A stretch of DNA of 64,000 bases from Octopus vulgaris (lineage: Eukaryota), in contig OX597835.1 of assembly GCA_951406725.2 (NCBI GenBank), forward strand, positions 33,232,001 through 33,296,000, given 5' to 3'. The translations under genes were made by a program, and so were the position numbers. This document shows positions 52,948 to 64,000 of this stretch, one piece after another (position 1 is the first letter of the stretch; each line of letters opens with the position of its first letter). The notes beneath the pieces are model-generated. The model was not told the origin of the DNA and did not search any database. It saw nothing but the letters and a program-made list of their open reading frames with translations.

Positions 52948-53500
52948 TGTCAGGTCACTTTCGAGTGCTACCGGTAACATGTAATCCAGTACAACCTGTT
53001 GCATGGTCGGGTCGTCGGCGACTAAACCGGCGACCCCACCAAGCTTGCTTGGTGAGGAGTGTGTTTACTGGACACCCTGCGGGATGAAAAACAAAACCCG
53101 TCAAAGGGCGGAGGAACTCTTGAGAGTTAACGGCCATCCAATAAATGTCTTAAGGCTGTATCATGCGCGGGGACATAGAAATAATCGGACTGAATACCCG
53201 ATCGCGCGGTTAAACCATTGGGAGTGAAGGACTCCTAGCCTTTGTTAGGAAATCCTTCTAGGAGAAGGTAACTCAGGTAACTGGGATAAGTCCGACATAA
53301 AACCAGCGGCTCAGTGGTTACCGATGATGTTGACCTGTTCTTCTTTTCGGATTATGGCTGCTGTTGCTTAGTGAGTGGGATTGACTCAGTGCACAGCTTT
53401 TCCTCACTTTAAAAAAGTATTCTTGCATAGGCATTGCACAATAACAACATTGATTAAGCTTCGTGCAATGGCCATACTCGATAACGAGGGGGCAGCCACC
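52948..53500 (+). mobile_element. ~550-bp GC-richer non-coding insert resembling a LINE (RTE-type) UTR-derived element
   Basis: Sharp compositional boundaries against TA/TG repeats; aggagaaggtaactc...aaaacc motif recalls RTE 5' UTRs; single copy in the window. Confidence 0.4.
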
Positions 53501-54227
53501 ATATATCTTTTATATAGCTGAATCATTTGACCGCGACCATGATGAATCATCACCTTCAGTATCACATACCAATATCGTTGTCCATCGGGCTTTTCCTTTC
53601 TTGAACCATTGTACTTACCCTACTTTGTTTTAGAAGTATATCTTAGCAATGCGTCGGCCTTTTTGGCAAATCAAAGAAACACTTTTCATCTGTTTAATAA
53701 AATGTGATTTATTAATATTATTATTATTATCATCATTATTATTTTCATTAATATTATTATTATTATTTTCTAATAATTTCTTTGCACTACTCTTGATATT
53801 TATATTCAATTTATTGCTACTGACATTTGCAACAATATTTTACTAAAACGTATTTAAAATATGGGCAATATTAATGATGATGATGATGATAATACAAAGA
53901 ACAAAATTGAAACAACAACAACAGCAACAACAATACAGAAGGCACATCAAAAAGTACTTTTATGTGTAATAATGCGATGAACCAATATATTATAATGTTT
54001 GTCTTTATTTCGGCTGAAGTTTTCTTTTAAGGTGAATCATCACCGCCTCGCCCATCCCCACCTGATGCACATCTATTGAAGAATTTGCTGAATTTGTTGA
54101 TCAATAGATTTGAAGAGAGAAAGAGAGAGGAAAGGAGAGAGCAAAAGGCAGACAGACGGACAAAGAGTTGTAGAGGTTTAATGAGAAGCAGCAAATAGTC
54201 GTAGAAATGGAGAAAGGCATTGTAATG

Positions 54228-54756
<529 letters not shown>

Positions 54757-54948
54757 CAAAGGAAGAGAAATACGGTGAGAGGGAGATGTGCGTAGGTTTA
54801 ATGAGCATTAGAGGCGCGAAATAAATGTATCAATGTTGAAAGGTTTTATAAGTAAATGATTTGGTATGTAAATGTATGCACATGTATTTATGAATATATA
54901 TAAGGCGTATACCTCTGTACCTATATGTAAAAACACACACACAACAAT

Positions 54949-54998
<50 letters not shown>

Positions 54999-55471
54999 TT
55001 GCGTATTTAGAAAGAGAGAGTGTAAGTGAGAAAGACAACACAGAGAGAGCGTCATTAAAACTGTTTGAATAGCTTTACTGTGACAACAAAATATGTTTGT
55101 TGAAAGGCCACCAAACCAAACACGCACATACTTACCTACACATATGTAAATACCTCTGAGCATGTATATATATATATATACTCTATATGCAATAAAACAC
55201 GCGTACTCATATAAGTGACTTTATTTATGTACAATCACATACAAACATGTTTCGTGTAGTATAAATCATATTTTGTTTGCGAAATCGATTTCCATATCAA
55301 TTTATCTACCTGTACTATCTGTATTATATGCAGAGCTATCACAATACGTATAGATATAATATTGGCTCAATATATGCATATACAGTCGATATATTGTTTC
55401 TAGCGCAATATTTCCTACAATGGAATATGAGAACAACAATAGCAACATTTTTTAAAATTATTATTATTATT

Positions 55472-56205
55472 TTTTATTTATTTATTTTTTTCTTATACAC
55501 ATTTCATAGTATACAATATGGTAAGGTTAATTGAAGGTATTGTGTCTACCGGGGTTTTATACTGTTTGTCAAATCATATGAAGGACCTCAGACAGACAGT
55601 ACTTTTACGCAATATTCGTGCAGTTCCAAGTAATGCCGTCTTTTGCAATACACCTAGATTGTAGGGTATTTCTAAAGTTAAGGGTATTTTTCAGACTGAG
55701 TGGTATTGAACCCAGGTTCTCCGATGGTAATTACGATAACGTTTATATTTAACTCTCTCAATTCTCAGGTTTCCATATTTATCAACCTTTTGTCTGTCTT
55801 TCATCATATGTTGATCTCCTGGCACTGACACATCAATTATTCGACACTCTTGTTTGTCTCTTCCGAAGGTAAGCATATCCGGCTTTCGGCGCTCTAATAC
55901 CTTGTCTGTATGGAAGTCAAAATCCCAGAGGATTTTTGCCCACCTCTTTTCGTCCATTACCTTTTCCGGTGTATGTTGATACCAAGCACCCGTAACCACA
56001 TATCCATACTTACAGTAGTAGCCAGTGAAGGTTTTGTACTACCCTATCGTGTCTACGCTTGTACTCTTTCTGCGCAGGACTTTCCCAAGCAGTAAAATCT
56101 GAATCACGTTTTCGACCCTCTTCCTGCATATTCTGCAGAGGTCTTTGCACCTGTGTGGTAAATATTTTTTCACTGAGTTAGTATTCAATGCCTGGTCCTG
56201 GGCAG
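55472..56205 (-). mobile_element. R4/Dong-type 3' fragment
   Basis: AAQDQALNTN, CRICRK, WYQHTPEKV, KILWDFDFHTDKVLERRKPDM, CRIIDVSVPGD, LQKTALLGTARILRK. Confidence 0.85.
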
Positions 56206-56319
56206 CAATATTTGCTGTAGCTCATCGTTTATACCAAGACAAAACAATGCACATTATAACACTTCCAATCAGTTAAGATCAGAAGTCATGAAAGCCATTG
56301 CTTGGTACTGCATCAAGGC
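56202..56319 (-). mobile_element. Partial copy (first ~120 bp) of the 556-bp TAA element, followed by a SINE B fragment (56320-56465, +)
   Basis: Matches 56935-57050. Confidence 0.75.
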
Positions 56320-56495
56320 TACGTTCTGAGTTCAAATTCCGCCGACGTCGACTGTCTTTCATCATTTTGGTATCGATAAAATAAATAGCAGTTGAGTACT
56401 GGGGTCGATGCAGTCGACTTACCCCATCCCCCAAATTGCTATCCTTATGCGAAAGTTTGAAATTATGATTATTATTATTATTTATTATTATTATT

Positions 56496-57049
56496 GAGTG
56501 AGAGAGCAGTGCATGCCATCAAAGTGACACTGGGGTAAAATATACGAAGCCCAGTATACCCATCATGACTACCCGTCTGATAAGGGTACACTAGGCACAT
56601 GCATCACAACCATATGTGCGCGACATGGTGATCTCATATCAAAATAAACAGCACATGACCTTGCAGGTGGGGCCCAGTTAGAATTTTCTTCAGGTCGAGT
56701 AACCCATCCCACTCAAAAGGTCCCTGAATAAGGCTTGTTTAAGGATGTTGAACGAAACACCCATGTTTCCAGAGGTGAATTATTCAAACCCCAAAGAATC
56801 CCTCTCAACACATGACTATGATGCTCCCCCACTACTTCTGCTCGTGATCAGAGATGCACATATCGTCAGCCACTAAGGGACATGCTCAAATGGTTAAAGT
56901 CAAACAACTGACAAGCAAAGCTGTGGTATTGAGCAGAATATTTGCTGTAGCCCATCTTTTATACCAAGACATAACAACGTACATGATAACACTTCCAATC
57001 AGTTAAGATCAGAAGCCATGAGAGCCACTGCCTGGTACTGCATCAGGGC

Positions 57050-57051
<2 letters not shown>
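56496..57051 (-). mobile_element. 556-bp TAA-embedded element, copy 2
   Basis: Reverse complement of 1166-1721; (TAT)n on both sides. Confidence 0.9.
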
Positions 57052-57143
<92 letters not shown>

Positions 57144-57146
<3 letters not shown>

Positions 57147-58745
57147 TAGTTTAATTTTTATCTCGTGCTTTCACTGTACTACCGAGCGCAGCACTCTGTG
57201 CTTTGAATACGTGCTGTGGTTTGATTTGGTGTAATTTTCACTGTATTGAAAGTGCTTTACGTAGGATGTGCGCGGTGCCTAAATAGTGCTATTTTCTGTA
57301 TGTTATATATACTTTCTGTATGTTATATATACTTGTAAGTCCGGAATGTTTTCTTTTATCACACCAAATGCACCCACTATAATTGGAACTTTCTTTTTTA
57401 GGGTCCGCATTCGAGTTACCTCTATTTCCAGATCTTTGTATTTTGAAGGTTACTCTGTTTCTTTTAGAGGAACGTTGGTATTGATACATCGATTAGAAAG
57501 CACTTTTTCTTGGTGATCTCTGACAACTATATCCGGCTTATTAGCCTCCATTTCTCTGCGTGTATTGGCATATCTCAGAGAATAGTTGCTTCCTCATTTA
57601 CTGTGACCTTTTCTTGGGTGTGTCTTTACCATCTTTTTTTCTGTTGTCATTCCATAGTGTTGGCATAGCTTACACTGTTTATAGATTCCAACTCTGCCTT
57701 GTTGGAATATATTCCTTCTTAGATAGGGCTGGGAAGTCAGAAAAAATATTATTTATTGTTTATTGTCCCTCACTACATATTCTGCAATTACTTGTATTTC
57801 TTTTCATTACATGATTTTAGTGATTTCTGGTGGGAAGGCTTTGATCTTGTGCTGCCGTTAGAAATCCTTCAGGCTCTACTTTGAGTCCTGAGCTTCTCAG
57901 CCATTGTTGGGATTTTGCTTTATTTCTTTTCTGTTTAGTTTTATCCAATATTTGATATGAAGGGGCTTTTCTGCTATTATTTTATCAATCTGTTGCTGTT
58001 CCAGTTTTTGGTTTGAATTTCATTTGTCTTACAGATTTTCTTCTTTTTTTTTTCTTTTCCGTCATAGTCGTTAGGTTCTATGATTTCCTTTTTTGCATTT
58101 GTCAGCTTCCTTAAAGACTAAAAACAGTTTGTTTTGTTCGTGTTTTGTGACTATCCGTATTAGTTTTCTTTGCTTCTGAAGTAAGTATAACTCTAATCCT
58201 ATGGTGATTATTTTGTAATAGTTTTCTAGCTGTATCAAACCTATACCACTATCAATACGTTATATGTAAATCATTCTATGTCAGATTTTGGGTTGTGCTT
58301 CCTGAATTGTCATTATATTTTTTGCCTTCCTGTCTATTTTGATTAGTTCATTTAGATTCAAGTTAAGAATATTGTAGCTGTAACTTATAACTGGGATTGC
58401 TAGAGTGTTGATACCTATTATCTTGTTTTTAGCATTGAGCTTTGTTTTCAGTATTAATCTAACTCGTCTACAGTATACCTTTCTCATCTTCTTTCATTTT
58501 TGAGTTTTGTATCTAGTTCATTGATTCCTAAGTATTTGTATGTCTGATTTTGGTCCATTTTTTCTTATCTAGTGTGGTATTGTTACTCTTAACTAGTTTT
58601 CCTCTTTGACACATTTTTCTAAGCCAAATTTCATGTTTATTTCTTTCGTAAATGTACTGCCTGTAGTAATGTTTCCAGCAGTTTTTTTTATCATTTATCA
58701 TTTGCAGCATACAGTTTTAAATCAAACATATACAAGACACAGTTG
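57144..58745 (-). mobile_element. R4/Dong-type element 3' part (end of RT through RLE), same family as 1-1077
   Basis: LYMFDLKLYA (RT YMDD region), RVRLILKTKLNAKNKIIGINTLAIPVISYS, and nucleotide match to 1-960; (TAT)n on both sides. Confidence 0.85.
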
Positions 58746-58769
58746 ATTATTATTATTATTATTATTATT

Positions 58770-59319
58770 GAGTGAGCGAGCAGAGCATGCCATCGAAGTG
58801 ACACTGGGGTAAAATATACGAAGCCCAGTATACCCATCATGACTACCCGTCTGATAAGGGTACACTAGGCACATGCATCACAACCAGATGTGCGCGACAT
58901 GGTGATCTCATATCAAGATAAACAGCACATGACCTTGCAGGTGGAGCCCAGTTAGAATTTTCTTCAGATCGAGTAACCCATCCCGCTCAAAAGGTCCCTG
59001 AATAAGGCTTGTTTAAGGATGTTGAACGAAACACCCATGTTTCCAGAGGTGAATTATTCAAACCCCAAAGAATCCTTCTCAACACATGGCTATGATGCTC
59101 CCCCACTACTTCTGCTCGTGATCAGAGATGCACATATCGTCAGCCACTAAGGGACATGCTCAACTGGTTAAGGTCAAACAACTGACAAGCAAATCTGTGG
59201 TATTGAGCAGAATATTTGCTGTAGCCCATCTTTTATACCAAAACAAAACAATGTACATGATAACACTTCCAATCAGTTAAGATCAGAAGCCATGAGAGCC
59301 ACTGCCTGGTACTGCATCA
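58770..59319 (-). mobile_element. 556-bp TAA-embedded element, copy 3
   Basis: Near-identical to copy 2. Confidence 0.9.
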
Positions 59320-59323
59320 ATTA

Positions 59324-59355
<32 letters not shown>

Positions 59356-59405
59356 CATTATTATTATTATCATTATTATTATCATTATTATTATTATTAT
59401 CATCA

Positions 59406-59447
<42 letters not shown>

Positions 59448-59465
59448 GTATTATTATTATCATCA

Positions 59466-59522
<57 letters not shown>

Positions 59523-59558
59523 GTAGTAGTAGTAGTATTATTAGTATTATTATTATCA

Positions 59559-59595
<37 letters not shown>

Positions 59596-59733
59596 CATTA
59601 TTATTATTATTATTATCATCATTATTATTATTATTATTGTTATTATTATTATTATTATTAATATTATTATAATTATTATTATTATCATTATTATTATTAT
59701 CATTATTATTATTATCATTATTATTATTATTAT
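59320..59733. repeat. Long (TAT)n/(CAT)n/(TAG)n microsatellite
   Basis: Directly visible. Confidence 0.95.
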
Positions 59734-60665
59734 ATGAGAACTCACAGCTTATTATGCTGAGTATGATGGAAAGTGTCAGCTGTCCACAGCCAGCAGACTA
59801 AGGTGACACTTGTTTACTGGTCATGCTTCATGAAACCTGCAAATAATTCTTGCAGTTCCAAACAATGCTGATTTATTTTTGTCGGTGTGCTATCTTCACC
59901 CTTGCGCCGATTATTTTCAACCATGTTGGTAGTTGTGTGCTGATACTTCCAAGTGCACAAATAACTATTGGTATCCCGTCTACTCTCTTCATTGTCCACA
60001 ACCTTCATATTTCCCACTTTAAATCGTCGTAGTTGTTTATTTTTTCTTCTTTCATATTGATCCTGCTATCACCGGAGCATGCTATGTCGATTATCATACA
60101 TGTTCTTTCCTTTTTTTTACCACAACAATGTCAGCTTACCTATTTCTGGTCAGGTGATTACACTGGATTTTGCAGTTCTCATTTTCGGTGACTCCTTCTG
60201 AGGCTTGTTCATACCACGTCTTTGCTTTTTTGTGGGCCGCGATTTCCGCAGAGATCCCAATGGATTCTTCTTGCCACGTTGTCATAGCGTTGTTTGTACT
60301 CGCGCTTGCCAATTTCGGGCATTCGATAACGATGTGCCATACCTTTTCACCCCTCTCCCCACACCTTCTGCATTACTGTAATCCTATGGTGATTATTTTG
60401 AAATAGTTTTCTAGCCGTATCAGGCCTCTCTACCACCTTTAATATACTGTATATATAACCTTTTGATGACATATTTTGTGTGGTGCATCCTGAATCCTGT
60501 AATTATTTTCCTTGCTCTCCTATCTATTTTGATTAGTAGTTTGCTATTGGTAGTGTTGTCAATAGTGCACTTCATATAATTAGTCCTTAAAGCTTGTTCC
60601 TTAGCTGCGCATATGAGTGCTTCTGTCCATTTCAGGTCACTCCTTCTCATCCATAGCTACTGGTC
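59734..60665 (-). mobile_element. R4/Dong-type 3' fragment of another family, with a ~170-bp insert from the 57144-58745 family
   Basis: [45 protein letters not shown]; 60380-60545 matches 58195-58348. Confidence 0.75.
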
Positions 60666-60690
60666 CTCAGAATGAAATGACAAGATATAT

Positions 60691-60748
<58 letters not shown>

Positions 60749-60839
60749 TACAGATATATATACATATATACACACATATATATGTGTGTGTATGTATATA
60801 TATGTATATATATATATACACATATATATATATAAAGTA

Positions 60840-62345
60840 TACACAGTATACAATATAACAAAGAAAAGAATTATACATAGTATACAACAGCAAAACGAAG
60901 GAAAGGACAAAAATGCTGGGGTGGTACGTGTGGGCTCCTAAGGATAATCGAGATCTCTCTGAATACCAAAGGCAAATGCTTTCAAATTCCTGTTATCTGA
61001 CTCATTGGTCAGTACTTAGAACGGTACCATTCACTGTTACCATTTTTGTGACTTTCATCCACCTTTCAGTAAACTCACTCGCGGACGGCATTTCCCTCTC
61101 CATTCTTACTTCGTTTTTCAAGTGAAATTTGAAAATGTCGATGATGGTTATACCAAAGATGAACGCCTGTGTACTCATGCTTTTGAATCTCGTCCACCGG
61201 ACAATCTTTTTCTTCGCAACCGAACGACGCCATCTTCCTGTCCAAGTGCTCATCCGCAAACCCACCGACTTGTCGGCGTAGATTTTTGGACCCTGCAACC
61301 GACTTATATAGTTTTAGAATTTTGCTGTCTCCAACTAGGAAGCATTTGACGTGAATTCGTCTGTGTAGGCCGACACTGCCTTCTATGTGCCAGTTCGAAA
61401 GTTAGGCCCCTCGAGTGTTCCGTCGTATGCAGCAGTCGATCCAGAGTGAGTAGGTATAGAAGAGGCGAGAGAAGGCAACCCTGCTGACCGAGAATGCGAT
61501 GTGAAACGGTTCCGATAGGTGGCCGTTAACTTTAAGCACCGATGGCTGACGCTATCCAATGCTTTGGATTGATCCAAATTGATCAGAGCCCCACTGAAAC
61601 AAGCTTTAGTCCCATCTCTCTATGATGTATCGTATAATGTGGCGTTTCTCGTGTATAGACCTATTCGGAATTGTACAAATTTGCGCTTCACCAACCAGAC
61701 TACTGACGTGAAGTGCCAACCTTTTCACTAACAGTGGCTAAAACCTTACACTATGTTTAGGAAAGTTATGGGCCGAAAATTTCCTATCACGTCCCCTCTG
61801 TCCTTTCACAGCAGCGTCACTACACCCCTATTAAGAGCATGAGAAATTCTCCTGTTGTGCTACCAGTGGCAGAAGATATTTGTCAAGAGGCCGCCAAACA
61901 AATCTATAGAATTCATAGGTCAGACTATCGAAACCAGGCAATTTTCGACTTGCGCAATCACTCATCGCTCTCTGTATCTTAATTGTCGTTAAAGGCTTTT
62001 TCACAACTTCACGTCTGCTACTAAGAGCCGCAGCAGACCGTCCTGCTACGAAATGAGGTCGCCTACCATCGTCACCCTTTCAGAAAAGCCGTGCAAAATT
62101 CTGCTAGAAAGCCGCATGCATCTGTTCGGAACTGAGGAGCATGTGCCTGCCCCGATCCATTCAAAACCTGTTTCGTGGATTTGGTGTCACATCGCCTCTC
62201 TACCATTCGTGCTTTTGTTCTTTCGTGTTTGAACGCACATACCCTAGCTCTGACAAAGCAGCCTTCGGGTTTCGCCTAAAAAAGAAAAAAAATGGCCAAA
62301 GGCCATTTTCGCTGCTAGCACGTCCGTCACAATGATTTTTCTAAT
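60840..62345 (-). mobile_element. Decayed Tx1/L1-type LINE with its 3' end abutting (TA)n
   Basis: ALINLDQSKALDSVSHR (RT), RPITFLN, and C-terminal VRMERE...FTERW. Confidence 0.65.
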
Positions 62346-63247
62346 CGCCTCTTTTAGTTTGCTAATAATAACTGTTGAAATATAGCCAGTTTCAGCAATG
62401 TCGTCGAAATCACTAATAGTTACCCTCACGATTAATTATCATAATTAGTAAGCAGTCATCTGTCATCGACGTCATCATCATTATTATTAATGATCATCGT
62501 CATCACCATTATTATCGTCATTAATATTTTCAGTACAACCATTGTCTCATCATGACTAAATTGAATCAACTTAAGCACCAAAAGCTGAAGTGGTAACAAC
62601 AGCTCTTCCGCTATCAATAACAACATCAACCACGACAACAGCATGAACAACAATAACAGGAAATAATAACAGAAAAAATTAAAATTTTTCAAAGTGTTCA
62701 AAAACAGTTTTTAAACTATAATTATAAAGAACAAGTGCACGGCCCGTTGTTTTATGCGAGAACAAAGTATATATTCGTTTTTATCTGCATTTGTTCCTAT
62801 ATACATTGTTCAAGACAAATCACAGACAGGAAATTTTGGCAATCAAACAATATCTGAGTTTACATTTTTTTTTTTGCGAATTTGACATTTTAAGAATGGG
62901 GATGGCTATGAGGTTCTTTTGTACCCGTTCTTCATTCATAGCAAAATCTTATAAAATTTATTTTTAAATATCTGTGGGAAAATAATAATTCAAGTATGGT
63001 CAGTGACTGTGAGTTGACAAGGTTACATGTGTATTGGGTGAGAGATCGAGCTAATAGCGATAGAGCGATAGATACATAGAGCAATAAATAGATAGAGCAT
63101 TAAATAGATAGAGTGATAGATAGATCGATAGATAGATAGAGTGATAGATAGATAGATCGATCGATAGATAGACGGAAAGAGGTGATGTATCGATGGATAG
63201 ATGGATACACAGGCAGATAGTTTGATAAATAAATGGTTATATAGATA

Positions 63248-63458
63248 CCTATTTCTTTATTACCCTCAAGGGGCTAAACATAGAGGGGAAAAACAGGGAC
63301 AGACATAGGTATTAAGTCGATTACATCGACCCCAGTGCGTAACTGGTACCTTATTTATCGACCCAGAAAGGATGAAAGGCAAAGTCAACCTCGGTGCAAT
63401 TTGAACTCACAACGTAACGGCAGCCGGAATACCGCTGAGCATTTCGCCCGACGTGCTA
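63248..63458 (-). mobile_element. SINE family B, 5'-truncated, with a long target-site duplication
   Basis: atggttatatagatacct flanks both sides (63233-63250 and 63460-63477). Confidence 0.85.
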
Positions 63459-64000
63459 TATGGTTATATAGATACCTTGATAGATAGATACATAGCACTT
63501 CTTATGGTAAAAATTGCAACATATTACAATTTATCAGAGAAAAAAAATATTTATTCGAAAGTTCTATTATGAGAAATATAAAGAACTGAGATTCATCAAT
63601 TTTTCGCCTCTCGTTACAAATTTACATGACGTAGATTGCAGAAAAGAAAAGCGAGGTGAGAGGTCACAGTAAAAAAAGTAAAGCAGTGACAGAACGCTGC
63701 ACCTGCGCCGATGATTTTTCATTGTCTTATTACACGTTCTTTGAAAGCTGAAGTGGGCAGTGCCAGCGAGTCGTCTAAGCAACATACATATATACATACA
63801 TACATACAAACATACATACATACATACATACATGCATACATACATACATGCATACATACATGTGATTAGTAGCTACCCTAAAATGTCACGGTGCTACCTC
63901 CCTATGCAGCACGATGTTGTTGCTAAAACAATTTACAATGCCATCCACAAAAATGACACCAGAACTAAATACAAAATCCCTATGTTATTGAATACATTCA

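Noticed and set aside
53652-53678. tcggcctttttggcaaatcaaag resembling the 5' end of U2 snRNA
   Set aside because: Short match with no continuation; it lies in what looks like a decayed minus-strand SINE A.

Overview
AT-rich, microsatellite-saturated eukaryotic DNA with no recognisable host protein-coding gene. Almost every ORF in the track is a translation of (TA)n, (CA)n, (GATA)n, (TATG)n or (TAA)n repeats. The repeat landscape looks like an animal, most probably cephalopod (octopus-like), intron or intergenic region; the taxon is inferred. The window holds several tRNA-headed SINE families and decayed non-LTR retrotransposons: restriction-like-endonuclease R4/Dong-type elements in (TAA)n, plus CR1-, RTE- and Tx1/L1-type fragments. 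It also holds two Helitron derivatives (one keeps a PIF1-helicase C-terminal ORF), Tc1/mariner remnants and an inverted pair of TTAGGG-containing MITEs. Three observations stand out. (1) A full-length 5S rRNA copy is fused to a SINE/LINE 3' tail and inserted into a SINE with a target-site duplication, making it a candidate 5S-derived SINE or a template-switch chimera. (2) About ten hammerhead-ribozyme cores from several unrelated short non-coding families are present, some in inverted or direct repeats (Penelope pseudo-LTR / retrozyme-like). (3) A young 556-bp non-coding element sits in (TAA)n tracts, co-oriented with R4/Dong-type elements. Boundaries were read by eye and are approximate.
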